Source: Octopus vulgaris (taxonomy: Eukaryota). Taken from it: a stretch of DNA of 64,000 nucleotides. The notes beneath the pieces were generated by a model. The model saw nothing but the letters and a program-made list of their open reading frames with translations. It was not told the DNA's origin and ran no database searches. Location of the stretch: positions 35,526,001-35,590,000 of the forward strand of contig OX597824.1 of NCBI GenBank assembly GCA_951406725.2, written 5' to 3'. Each line of letters starts with the position of its first letter. Position 1 is the first letter of the stretch. A program made the position numbers and the translations under genes. This document shows positions 26,207 through 39,957 of the stretch, piece by piece.

Positions 26207-26750
26207 TTCTGCAAACAGATCTCTGACTTGTTTGGGAGAATTTGTTGCAATTGGTTCCTCCAGAATCATATCCCAATGATGATCATACTTGTCGCAAAAA
26301 ACATACAAACAAATCGCCGAAAACAATCGCAGATATGAAAACATAGGAATCCAAAATTTCAGGATTGCAGGTCCGGATTTAGCCCGGAATGTTTTTAATT
26401 TACTTACAGAGTTGGCCTTTAGATTATAAAAATTGTTATTGTACAAAAATATTTGTCGCGAAAATGTCACGTAAAAAAATTGTCGAAAACAATCACAGTA
26501 ATGAAAGCTTCGGAATCCAAAATTTCAGGATTGTGGGTCCGGATTTGGCCCGGAATGTTTTTAATTTACTTACAGAGTTGGCCTTTAGATTATAAAAATT
26601 GTTATTGTACAAAAATATTTGTCGCGAATTTGTCACGTAAAAAAATTGTCGAAAACAATCACAGTAATGAAAACTTCGGAATCCAAAATTTCAGGATTGT
26701 GGGTCCGGATTTGGCCCGGAATGTTTTTAATTTACTCACGGAGCCAACCT
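26207..26750 (-). mobile_element. Helitron-derived fragment with a ~166-bp tandem array (~2.7 units, 26290-26745)
   Basis: Translation WDMILEEPIATNSPKQVRDLFA matches the Helitron Rep-helicase motif W..xLxEA....SPxQLRxLFA. The repeat units are read directly. Confidence 0.65.
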
Positions 26751-26865
26751 GATTCCAAAAATGATATGATGTGTTGGGCTACAGCCTCTATGACTAAAGA
26801 TGAAAAAGTGTAACACACTGACATTCACATATATTATATTATATTATATTATATTATATTATATT

Positions 26866-27025
26866 ACGAGCTGGCAGAATCGTTAGCCCGCCGGACGTCG
26901 ACTTTGCCTTTCATCCTTTCAGGGTCGATAAAATTAGTACCAGTTACATACTGAGGATCGATATAATCGACTTCATTCCTTCCTCCAAAATTTGAAGCCT
27001 TGTTCTTCCAGTAGAAAGAATTTAT
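26866..27025 (+). mobile_element. SINE family S2 with an unusually long (~45 bp) flanking duplication
   Basis: TAAAGWTGAAAAAGTGTRACACWCTGACATTCACAT at ~26795 and ~27026. Confidence 0.8.
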
Positions 27026-27491
27026 TAAAGTTGAAAAAGTGTGACACTCTGACATTCACATTTATCATATTAGATATGTTTAATTTTGGGGAAACTTTAT
27101 TTCAATTAAAGTGTATTTTATATGCGTGTGTGTATATGTGTTAAAGAAAGCAAAAAATAAAACAAAAATGATAGTGTTCAGTACGTTGACCACTGGAATT
27201 TCTGTCAAAGAGACATGGTTAAATAAAATTGTACATCATCTCCCGCTTTCTCTCTCTCCTTCTCTCTCTCACTGACACCATCACTACTACTTTTAATAAA
27301 CTTCATCAACTCTCCCCAAATTTCTTTGTCTCTCTTTCTCACAGCCGGCGTGTTTGTGTTCCCGTAACTTAGCGGTTCAGCAAAGGGAACCGATAGAACA
27401 AGTACAAAGCTTACAAAGAATAAGTCCTGAGGTCGATTTGTTCGACTAAAGGCGGTGCTCCAGCATGGCCGCAGTCAAATGAATAAAAGAA

Positions 27492-27537
<46 letters not shown>

Positions 27538-27664
27538 TAGTAGAATGAATTATCTTGTTATGGATAATTCGGTTAACCGATACCTGAGTAGCAAATTCAC
27601 ATCAGCCTTCGAAACATATGTCGAAAATAAAGGAATTTTGTTAATTCGTCGTTCAACTCCATTC

Positions 27665-27731
<67 letters not shown>

Positions 27732-27833
27732 CATGTATTTATGTACGTGTATATACCGGCGTGTCCCAGCATGCCCTACAGTCTTTGGGGTGAAACGCAT
27801 AAAAGGATATATATATATATGTATGTGTGCGTC

Positions 27834-27868
<35 letters not shown>

Positions 27869-28353
27869 GCGTGTGTGCAATATTGATTGTATTCAATTCT
27901 TCGTCTTGTAAAAGTCCCATATTCATCGTTAAGGTGCGTTTTTCTCCACCACCTCCTCCTCCTCCATTACCACCACCACCACCATCCTAAAAATCCCCCC
28001 CCCCCTCATACGCACACATTTTTATACATACACACACACACACGCACACCTCTACACTGTGCCACCTTACCTCACTCACCTTCACAAATGTTCACAGTGT
28101 TTCATTACCCAAAGAAAAACAAACTATAAAAACAATGAAAATAAATTTGAAGAGAATCGTTTTATTGTATGAGGTTTTTTTTAATGTTTTTTTTTGTTTG
28201 TTTGTTTGTTGTTAACCGTGGACTCTGGTTGCACTGGAATCATCTAACGCCGCTCTACCGCCCCCACATGTCGACTGTGATTCCTTTTTATTAGAGTGAA
28301 ATGGCGGAGGGGGAGGTTGAAGGGTTTCATCGGATTTTTGCTGTTTGTATGCA

Positions 28354-28434
<81 letters not shown>

Positions 28435-28503
28435 ATGTATATTTGTATGTATGGGTTGGATTTCACCGTTTGTCTTCTTATTCTCATATACACACGTGTG
28501 TAC

Positions 28504-28539
<36 letters not shown>

Positions 28540-28759
28540 ATGTATAAGGTACCGTGAGAGTAAGAAAGATGGGGTACTCATCTACATGTGTATGTGTGTA
28601 TAAAGTGCATACATATATGCATACATACACACATAAATACATATATGTATAAGTAAGTATGCGTACCCCTATATATATATATACTCCTTTTACATATATA
28701 TATGTGTGTATGTGTATACATACACACACACGTGTATATATCATACATATATCATACAT

Positions 28760-28790
<31 letters not shown>

Positions 28791-28962
28791 CACATGTATA
28801 TGTATGATATATATATGTGTATGTGTATATATATATATATATACACATACACACACACATGTATATATCATACATATATCATACACACATAAATACTTAT
28901 ATGTATAAGTATGCGTACCCCTATATATATATGTATATACATGTATATGTATGATATATATA

Positions 28963-28993
<31 letters not shown>

Positions 28994-29179
28994 GTATACA
29001 TATGCTTGTATAATATATGATATATGTATATGTATTATATATATATTATATGTGTATGTACGAATGCATGTATAATGTATAAGGTGTATGCGTGTGTGTG
29101 GATTATACATGTATATACATATGTTTGCGCGTGTGTGTCTGTGTGTGTGCGCGCGCGCGTGTGTATGTATACACGCTGG

Positions 29180-29610
29180 AGTGTGAAGCATTGCTGATGG
29201 ACTTCATTCGGCCTTAAAAAAACAGTGGCAGACTAAGAAGCCCCGACGACTTGGTTGAGGAGAGGGTGAGGTGGGGGTGGGGTGGGTAGGGGAGCTGACA
29301 GACAGGAGACGGCAGAACCCCTTTCTCCTCCCCACAACCACAACCACCACCACCACCACCAACCAGCCAGACCCCGTCCACCTTTACCACCCCATACCAA
29401 CCCATCGCATCGCACTGGCGCTTGTTCTTTCCTTTCCCCCCTTATACGAGAGGGGATCTACCCCACCAACCACCACCCTGTCTGTTAAGTAGAGAGATGA
29501 TGTTTTTCGGGGCCATACCGACGCCACCCAACTCGATGCTGCCGTCAACGTGATTTCCGCCCTCACCAGTCTCGCCGTTGCCCCACACCCGCCACACTTG
29601 GCGTAGCCTT
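29180..29610. promoter_or_regulatory. Unique GC/CpG-rich island with a G-quadruplex motif (29273-29292) and GC-box/ETS/E2F-like sites
   Basis: GGGG-T-GGGGG-T-GGG-TA-GGGG and GATTTCCGCCC. Locally high CpG density against an AT-rich background, with no repeat homology in the window. Confidence 0.35.
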
Positions 29611-29619
29611 AACTCCTTT

Positions 29620-29666
<47 letters not shown>

Positions 29667-29823
29667 GCACGCACGCACGCATGCACGCACGTATACACAC
29701 ATACACATGCGCACGAGCATGCACGCACAATCATATATATATATACACACACGCACACTTTGCGTTCACAACATTGATTCAGAAAAAGCATCTTTAACCG
29801 AGATATACCAACACACACACATG

Positions 29824-29854
<31 letters not shown>

Positions 29855-30039
29855 ACACACACACACACACACACGCACACACAGACACACACACACACAC
29901 ACAGACACACACACACACATGCACACACACACATGCACACACACACACACACACACACGCACACACACACTGACATAAGCATATAAATTATAATATATAT
30001 AAATACTAACATATATTTATATAATTCATTTTTCTTTTA

Positions 30040-30390
30040 TTCTTTTACTTACTTGTTTCAGTCGTCTGACTGCGGCCATGCCGCAGCACCTCCTTTTAGT
30101 GGAACAAACCGATCCCTAGAACTTATTCTTTGTAAGCTAGGTACTTTTGCCGAACCGCTCAGTTACGAAGACATAAACAAACACACCAGCATCGGCCGTC
30201 AAGCAACGGCAGGGAGACAAACACAGATACAAATACACACACATTAATATATACAAATATATATATATATATATGTGTGTGCGACGGGCTTCTTTCAATT
30301 TCCATCTACTAAATTCACTCACGAGGCTTTTTGGCCGGTCCGAGGCTATAGAAGACACTTAACAAAATGGGACTGAACCGAGAACCATAT
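30040..30390 (-). mobile_element. SINE family S1 (diverged)
   Basis: Reverse-complement homology to S1. Confidence 0.8.
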
Positions 30391-30519
30391 TTATATATGT
30401 ATACATTTCTTTTATAGACACACACATACACGCTTACAAACATTATATAGGAAATTAGAGACGGGTATGTATACAACATACGTGTGTGTGCGTGTATATA
30501 TATATATATATATATATAA

Positions 30520-30770
30520 TTAGTTGGTTGTCATAATAGAACTCAGAGTTCGGATTCCGGGGCTGAATGAAGTCTGCTCCGGTATCTCAACAGTTATTAA
30601 GACCCATAACTCATGAGATGCAGGAGCAGACCTCAGCCCCAGTATCCGAAACCCTGAGTTTTATTATGACAACCAACCAATTGTCACATATTATATTTAT
30701 TGATAAATTCCTCTATTTTACATAATATCGAGGTCTCTTTCATTCTTTCGTTGTCATATTATTAATACTA
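30520..30770. mobile_element. TA-embedded foldback with a hammerhead-like motif in each arm
   Basis: + arm 30606-30664: ATAA-CTCATGA-GATGC..GTATC-C-GAAA-CCCTGAG-TT-TTAT. - arm ~30536-30597: ATAA-CTGTTGA-GATACCGG..CCGGAATC-C-GAA-CTCTGAG-TT. Confidence 0.7.
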
Positions 30771-30782
30771 ATACACACACAC

Positions 30783-30858
<76 letters not shown>

Positions 30859-31085
30859 CAAATGAAATAAATGAAAAATATACATATATATTTATGAGTA
30901 TATGATGCTAATAATAAATGCTTATCAGTTATCATCGTATCGCAGGAATTTTGTCGCTTATTTAATTAATATAGGAAGTTTATAAAAAGCAATGATGGAA
31001 CGAACTAGCTACAGGTTCAAACAGATATTCTTCGTTCAACAAAGTATTTTTTAGTGAAATATCGTAATGAACAGAGGTAAACACA

Positions 31086-31166
<81 letters not shown>

Positions 31167-31209
31167 AATATATATATATATTTATATATATGCAGTACGC
31201 ATACGCTAA

Positions 31210-31246
<37 letters not shown>

Positions 31247-31320
31247 TATAAAGAGAGAGAGAGAGAATTATATATATATATATGTTTATATATATGCAGT
31301 ACGCATACGCTAAATATGTA

Positions 31321-31361
<41 letters not shown>

Positions 31362-31543
31362 GTAAAGAGTATATATAATGCATATGTATATATGCAGTAC
31401 ACATACGCTATATATATATATAAATATATATAGTTGAAGTTTACAGAAATTCTAAAGTCGAAGACAGGTGTATAAACAACAAGCAGGTGTAGCAGGTGTA
31501 TATGTCTGTGTATGCAGCACGCATACGCTATAAAAAGATACCT

Positions 31544-31638
<95 letters not shown>

Positions 31639-31643
31639 CATAT

Positions 31644-31958
<315 letters not shown>

Positions 31959-32012
31959 TAGTGTTTTATATACATATATTGTTTATATACATATGTGTGT
32001 GTATATATGTGC

Positions 32013-32057
<45 letters not shown>

Positions 32058-32624
32058 AATATATATCTATGTAAATATATATATGTATATATATATATAT
32101 CTGTATATACACATACACTTATGGGTGTGTGTATTTATAAAATATATGTACGTGTGTAGAATATCGTACATAATACATACAGACACCTACTATAAACATT
32201 GCTCAGACAAGGAGAGAAAATGTATTTTCGAGACTCAATATTTCTTATAAAGAAATATAATGTTTAGACTGACGAAGCTGAACTTTTAAGATATTTTTGT
32301 AGTACTTCGATGTGTGTGTATGTATCCATCTATCTACATATATGTGCCTGCGTGTGTTTAGTTGATATGTAATGTTTGTTTTTTAATCGTCTGATGTTAG
32401 TGAGCGGGTGACTCAAGACGGAGACGTCCGTTTATGTGCCATGCACGAAACTCCGAGGCATTGAGTCACTGTGTCTGCCTAATAGTATCTACATGTTGTT
32501 TATAACATCTATTTATAATATGTGTGTGTGCATGTATGTATATATCTATCTATGTATGTATCTACACAGATAAATGTGTATGAGTACATATACATATATG
32601 TGCATACATACATAAATATATTGA

Positions 32625-32633
32625 CAGACAGAC

Positions 32634-32707
<74 letters not shown>

Positions 32708-32725
32708 GCAGATAGACAGACAGAC

Positions 32726-32800
<75 letters not shown>

Positions 32801-32801
32801 C

Positions 32802-32878
<77 letters not shown>
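32625..32878. repeat. (GATA)n/(GACA)n microsatellite
   Basis: Direct reading. Confidence 0.95.
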
Positions 32879-33011
32879 CATACATATATACATGGTTATG
32901 TTTCATATACATTGGGAAGTGAATGAATTTTTTTGTGTATACACTGCCCGTGCATATGTTATATATATACAGAAACAAAGAAATCTGTCTCACCTGAAAA
33001 TATATGCATGG

Positions 33012-33051
<40 letters not shown>

Positions 33052-33281
33052 GGTGGTGCCCTAGCTTGGTTGTAGTTCCTAAGTTGTAACTACTTAAACA
33101 ATATTCATTTGTGCTTTTAAACTTTATATATATAGATATTTGTGCATACACTCATGCGTACAGACACAAACACTCTAAATCAAACATGTGTGTATATATA
33201 TATAAATATATATATCAATTTCTCTGTCTATATACATGGCTCTATATGTGTGTAAATATATATATATATAAATATAAATAG

Positions 33282-33358
<77 letters not shown>

Positions 33359-33672
33359 TGGATGGGTTGATGTATATATCTACATGTGCGTGTTTTGTGT
33401 TTGTCTCCCACCACTGTTTGACAAGTGGTATTGATTTGTGAGATAGCAGTTCGGCTAAAGCGTCCGATATAATAGATGACGGATTTAAAATTATAATTAG
33501 TGAGATTGATTTGTTCAACAAAACAACACTTCAGCGCGGTGTTCCAGCATGACGGCGGCCCAAAGACTTAATCAAGTAAAATATTATATATAAAGTGTGT
33601 GTGTGTATATATATATACACATATACACATATATACATACATATGTATGTATGTGTGTATATTGTGTGTGTA

Positions 33673-33910
33673 TAGTGTTGGCCAAAAGTTACCTGCAGTA
33701 AATCAAAATTCCATAATTAATTAATATTCAATTTTATTTATCATTCCAATTATGAATGTTTAATAACTGAATACTCTAAGTTAAAATCTCCCGTTTTTTT
33801 TTTTTTCAACATTTGACTATTAGCGAAGTCTCATATAATACAATATTTTGCTTTAATCTTGTAATTAAATCGGTTTTTACTTACTGTCAGGTGACTTTTG
33901 GTCAAACCTG
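33673..33910. mobile_element. Tc1/mariner-type MITE
   Basis: ~30-bp imperfect TIRs (TAGTGTTGGCCAAAAGTTACCTG-CAGTAA and, reversed, CAGGTTTGACCAAAAGTCACCTGACAGTAA) with TA flanks. Confidence 0.7.
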
Positions 33911-34058
33911 TATATATATATATGTGTGTATATATCGTTATAATGCATACGTGTTGATAAGTTTTATGAATATATTTTTGTATATATATATAAATATATG
34001 TGTGTGTGTTTGCGTACCCATGCTAGCATGGAAAGCGGACGTTAAACGATGATGATGA

Positions 34059-34130
<72 letters not shown>

Positions 34131-34492
34131 GTGTGTGTATATATATATATATATCCCTATTTATATATGTTTTATACTTAAATAACCATATATAATTGTA
34201 CATATAATCGTATTACATATATGTGTTCACCAATGTAAATAACACACACTCGCACGCGCGCACTCACACACACACAAACACACACACACTAGTGTGCAGG
34301 GGTGGTTGTGCGTACCTGTGAGCGGATTCTACGCGTTTTTTGTATGTATATACATACGTTCATATTAAAAAGGTCATTATATGTAAATATAAATTATACA
34401 TAACTCTATGTACATTTATTCAATGAGCGTACAATGCATACATTAGCATATATTTTTGTACAATATATATACACTTTACATACATATACTTT

Positions 34493-34678
34493 TTTTACTC
34501 TTTTACTTGTTTCAGTCATTTGACTGCGGCCATGCTGGAGCACCGCCTTTAATCGAGCAACTCGACCCCGGGACTTATTCTTTTTGTAAGCCCAGTACTT
34601 ATTCTATCGGTCTCTTTTGCCGAACCGCTAAGCAACGATTGTCAAGCAATGCTAGGGGGACAAACACAAACACACATA

Positions 34679-34734
<56 letters not shown>

Positions 34735-34902
34735 TACGACGGGCTTCTTTTCAGTTTCCTTCTAACAAATCCACTCACAAGGCTTTGGTCGGCCCGAGGC
34801 TATAGTAGAAGACACTTGCCTAAGGTTCCACACAGTGGGACTGAACCCGGAACCATGTGGCTGGTAAACGAGCTACTTACCACACAGCCACTCCTGCGCC
34901 TA
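34493..34902 (-). mobile_element. SINE family S1
   Basis: Near full-length reverse copy. A degraded + copy follows at 35005-35360. Confidence 0.9.
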
Positions 34903-35361
34903 TGCAAACATATATATAATTGTTGGATAGAAATCCTACTCCAAGGCATTGGTTGTCTAACGCACACATATATGTATATGTATAGAGCTTTCTGTGTATT
35001 TGGGTGCGTGGGAAGACGTCTGCTTCCCAACTACATAGTTCTGGGTTCAATCCCACCGCGTAGCACCTTGGGCAGGTGACTTCTTGCATAGACCTAGGCT
35101 GACTATTGCCTTATGAGTGGCTGCAATAGAGGGAAACCGAAAGAAGCACGTCGTACATGTGTGTGTGTATATTCATATATATATGTATATTTATATATGT
35201 ATGTATATCAATGTGTGTCTTTGTGTTTGTGTTCCTCTCTCACCACCCCTCGACGACTGGCGTTGGATTCCTTATGTGCCCGTAACTTAGCGGTTCGGCA
35301 AAAGCGGTGATAGAACAAGATCCAAGTATGGCTGTAGTCCAATGACTGAAACAAGTAAAAG

Positions 35362-35403
<42 letters not shown>

Positions 35404-35407
<4 letters not shown>

Positions 35408-35612
35408 ACCGCCTGTGTACCGTTGGCGATTTTTTTTCCTCAGTCTTCCCTTCTCTGGATCTTTCCTTCTCCTATGTTTCCGACGAAGAGCTCCGCTCGA
35501 AACGTTAAACCCTCCTTCTTTCCTTCTTTCCTGAGCGTCCAACCATACTATATTTGTTCCACGTCTTCGCGTTGTTGCGTTTTTTTGTGCTTTCTTGTTT
35601 GGATTAACTTTA
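35404..35612 (+). mobile_element. Family B TA-embedded element, hammerhead-like motif at 35476-35510
   Basis: Motif identical to 4587-4621, with (TA)n on both sides. Confidence 0.7.
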
Positions 35613-35959
35613 TATATATATATATCTTTGTATGTATGTTTGTATGTATGCATGTACATGCATCTATCTGATTGGCCACAGTTGGACACGTCGTGCCCCA
35701 TCTATTTGTACCACGTGATCTTGGTCATCGTCGACAACGACGAACTAACTAATAATAAATTATGCGTACGCACAAACACATACTCAGAGATACACTTCTA
35801 TTTACACAGACATTTATGTATATATATATATGAATATACTTTATTTACATATCTATGTGTATTGTCGTATATGAATATTTATGTAAACATGTTTATACCT
35901 ATGAATCCTTGTATAACTACATACACACACACATACACACATACATACATGCATACACA

Positions 35960-36023
<64 letters not shown>

Positions 36024-36303
36024 AATGTGTTATTAAGCCACGTGCTTCGACATACACGCACAAACATATATATCTTTGTGTGTACATATGTATATACATG
36101 CATACGTACGCATACATGTATTGAGCAACATGTAGGCGTATTTGTAGACAAATAATTTATTACATGCGTGTATGCGTGTGTATGTGTATACAGTTAAATA
36201 CATTACCATTTTCGTGTATGTATATATATATATATATATACATACATACATACATACATAGATGCATACATATATGCATGCATGTATTATATATGTGTGT
36301 GTG

Positions 36304-36335
<32 letters not shown>

Positions 36336-36433
36336 CACATATATATGCATGTATGTGTATATATTTACTATATTTCCATAGGAATATTTTTGTTGGATTA
36401 CTTTTGTTTTCTGCATAAACAGGTACACACACA

Positions 36434-36470
<37 letters not shown>

Positions 36471-36513
36471 CACACACACACACACACACACAAAACACTC
36501 ATGCATAATCATT

Positions 36514-36584
<71 letters not shown>

Positions 36585-37119
36585 TATACATGTATACTGC
36601 GCATACACACATACATGTGTGTGTGTGTTTGTGTGTGTACCTTAAAATCATGTAGTGAAATAATTTGTCGCATCAATCCATACCTACCTATTTTTTTTTT
36701 TTAACACTGGCTAGATATAGAAGTGGAGCGATTAATCTTTTTTTTTCTTTTTTGTATGGATGAACAGATTGAAAACGATGGGCGGATTTATTTATACAGA
36801 TCTATGTAAATATATATTATATGTAAGCAAAGTTGTATAAAATTGCAAAATACATGTGTGAGTATAATATATATATATATATATGTCTGTTCTGTTTGTT
36901 TGCATTTAAGAGCGGGAGAGACAGGCGGAGAAGGAGCGATAGAGAAATATACTTGCAAATACAATATATATATATATACACAGATACATACACACACACG
37001 TACACACACATACGGTATATATATATAATATATGCAGGTATGTATCGATGTATGTATATATATATATATATATATATATAAATGTGGGTTATTGAATTGA
37101 ATTCAGTTAATGGTTCATC

Positions 37120-37230
37120 CAGTCATTGGCACACGCTTTTCCCAATCAAAGATGGCGGAAGATAAGGCATCACAATTTCCGCCATGTTTTACAATTTCGT
37201 CTGGACTGTAGAAAGTCCTTACTACACTTG
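37120..37230. promoter_or_regulatory. Promoter-like cluster: two inverted YY1-type motifs and two CCAAT boxes
   Basis: AAGATGGCGG at 37149-37158, CCGCCATGTT at 37179-37188, ATTGG at 37125-37129 and CCAAT at 37142-37146, all in unique sequence. Confidence 0.4.
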
Positions 37231-37747
37231 TGTAAGTTTTGGGTAATACAGCGTAACGATGGAGTGGTTTCGCTCGCTGACTGTCACACATAACACGACC
37301 GTCCGCACGCGGACACGTGTGTATGTACATATTTATATGCATATAAACATACAATGCGCTCATAGTTTAACACACACATACACACATGCACATAGGCATA
37401 TAGTTTTCCGATGCCTAATTAAGGAAGGCAAAGTAACGACCCGGTGTGTCACCCTAAATTGAAATTTGTAATTAAGAAATTTGTTTCGCAACCATCTGGC
37501 TGCCTGTTCGAATCCTCCTGCGCCATGTCTTCTCCTACATCTATTGGTCAACCAGTGCCTGTTGAGAGAAAATTGATAAACGGTAACTGTACGAAAAGCT
37601 ATTGAATATGTATCCATGTTTGTCTATAAATTTCACCGAGTCATTTGGGCAGACCATATGCAAGGAAACTTAAATGCAGTGTTTAACGAACGAAGCCGCT
37701 TGAGATTTTTGTTCATATTGCGTTTAGGACACTTGTTACTTACACCA

Positions 37748-38108
37748 TAGGCGTAGGAATGGCTGTGTGGTAAGTAGCTTGGTTCCGGGTTCAGTCCCAC
37801 TGCGTGGCATCTTGGGTAAGTGTCTTCTGCTATAGCCCCGGGCCGACCAATGCCTTGTGAGTGGATTTGGTAGACGGAAACTGAAAGAAGCCTGTCGTAT
37901 ATATATATATATATATATGTATGGGTGTCTGTTTGTCCCCCTAGCATTGCTTGACAACCGATGCTGGTGTGTTTACGTCCCCATAACTTAGCGGTTCGAC
38001 AAAAGAGACCGATAGAATAAGTACTGGGCTTACAAAGAATAAGTCCCGGGGTCAATTTGCTTGACTAAAGACGGTGCTCTAGCATGGCCGCAGTCAAATG
38101 ACTGAAAC

Positions 38109-38198
<90 letters not shown>
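37748..38198 (+). mobile_element. SINE family S1 with a (GA)n tail expansion
   Basis: S1 homology up to 38112, then a long GA tract. Confidence 0.9.
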
Positions 38199-38202
<4 letters not shown>

Positions 38203-39544
38203 ACCAGGAGATTGTTTCGTTGGAAACAACTATTGACACTGTTGTTCATCATATAAAACAAAAATAATATTAAAAAATATATCTAATGCAATTACAGTTG
38301 TTTTGATCAGATCCGCCCACCATCCAGTTTTCTTTCAGTCTTTGGTAATTTTTCTAACACACTTTTATTACATGTTTATTTATTTATCGTTATAGAAGGA
38401 CTATCTTTTGGCAGAGTCGTTATCAGATAAAAATGCATTTTACGAAATTTTTGTTCTTCGTTGAAATCATGCCGAGGCTGACTTTGCCATTTATCGTTCT
38501 GTGTCGATAAAACCAAATACACGTCATATACCTGTGAGGTGTGAGCATGTTGACGGCCTATCTCGATTCACATACAATATACTGCCATGGTAGAGCAGAG
38601 ACACTGAATGAAAAGGCCCAACAGTTGAAATACACTACCATTGCATCAGTATTAAGATATATCTCTTATTATAATCTTCTATAAAATCCTATGTTCAAGC
38701 CAACAGAGCACATGCACAATCTACAAACTATTTTCCACTCATACACATACACACGCAATTTCTTTTTTTCTCTAAATGGGATCCCCCATTAAAAAGGCGG
38801 AAAAAATTCCAGAATCTTATTTAAGAACTATATAAACTACAAGTAATGCTTGACTAGAAAGAAAATATTTCTTTCTTTGCAATGACAATATTTTGTTATC
38901 AATGGAAATATATTATTTCTAATAACATTAAATTTGCTTGGGATATGATTGTCACTTTATTTATCATCTTCTAAGGCCAATGGGGGAGCTTGTAGCTAGT
39001 GGTGGCTCGATCTGTTTGATGCAGCAGTCAAATACCCCTGAAAGTTACACTTTAGATCATGCATATGATACATGGAAAAAGAGGACAATAATAGGATTTC
39101 TTTGTTGTTCTCTTCGATCAGTGTTGAGCTGGAGTTAAATAATAACAACAATGTCGCTGTTGTAGGTGTTGTTATTGTTTACCCTATAACAGCAATTAAG
39201 GAAAATTACAGCTTAAAATGTGACAAACATTCATTCTAAAGACTCGACCTCTGAAGACAACTCGAATATTAATGATAATAATTATGGTTACTAGTTTAGG
39301 TACAATGCTAGCAATTTTAAAAGAAGTGAGTCCGTTGAAACCATCTACCCCCAGATTGATGCATAGCCGAAATCTCCAACGCTTATGAATATGTATAGCA
39401 CTGTCTGGCACCACACACATCCTATGTAGAGCTCCTTCAGTACAATAAAAATAACAATACCCAAACAGATCACAGTACATACCCAAGGCACACAGAGCTG
39501 CGCTCGGTAGTGCACTGAAAGCACACAATAATAATAACACCACG

Positions 39545-39608
<64 letters not shown>

Positions 39609-39609
39609 T

Positions 39610-39957
39610 TCAAATTTTGCCACACTTTGGAAGAGGTGGGTGTCCATTGCATCGACCCCAGTGTTCAACTAGTACTTAATTCATCGACCCCCGAAAGGAT
39701 GAAATGGAAAGTCGACCTCGGCGTAATTTTGAACTCAGAACGTAGCGGCAGACGAAATACCTATTTCTTTACTACCCACAAGGGGCTTAACACAGAGGAG
39801 ACAAACAAGGACAGACAAACGGATTAAGTCGATTATATCGACCCCCAGTGCGTAACTGGTACTTATTTAATCAACCCCGAAAGGATGAAAGGCAAAGTCG
39901 ACCTCGGCGGAATTTGAACTCAGAACGTAGCGGCAGGCGAAATACCGCTAAGCATTT
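39610..39957 (-). mobile_element. SINE family S2 (nested or dimeric), abutting an S1 3' half at 39964-40095
   Basis: Homology to other S2 and S1 copies. Confidence 0.85.
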
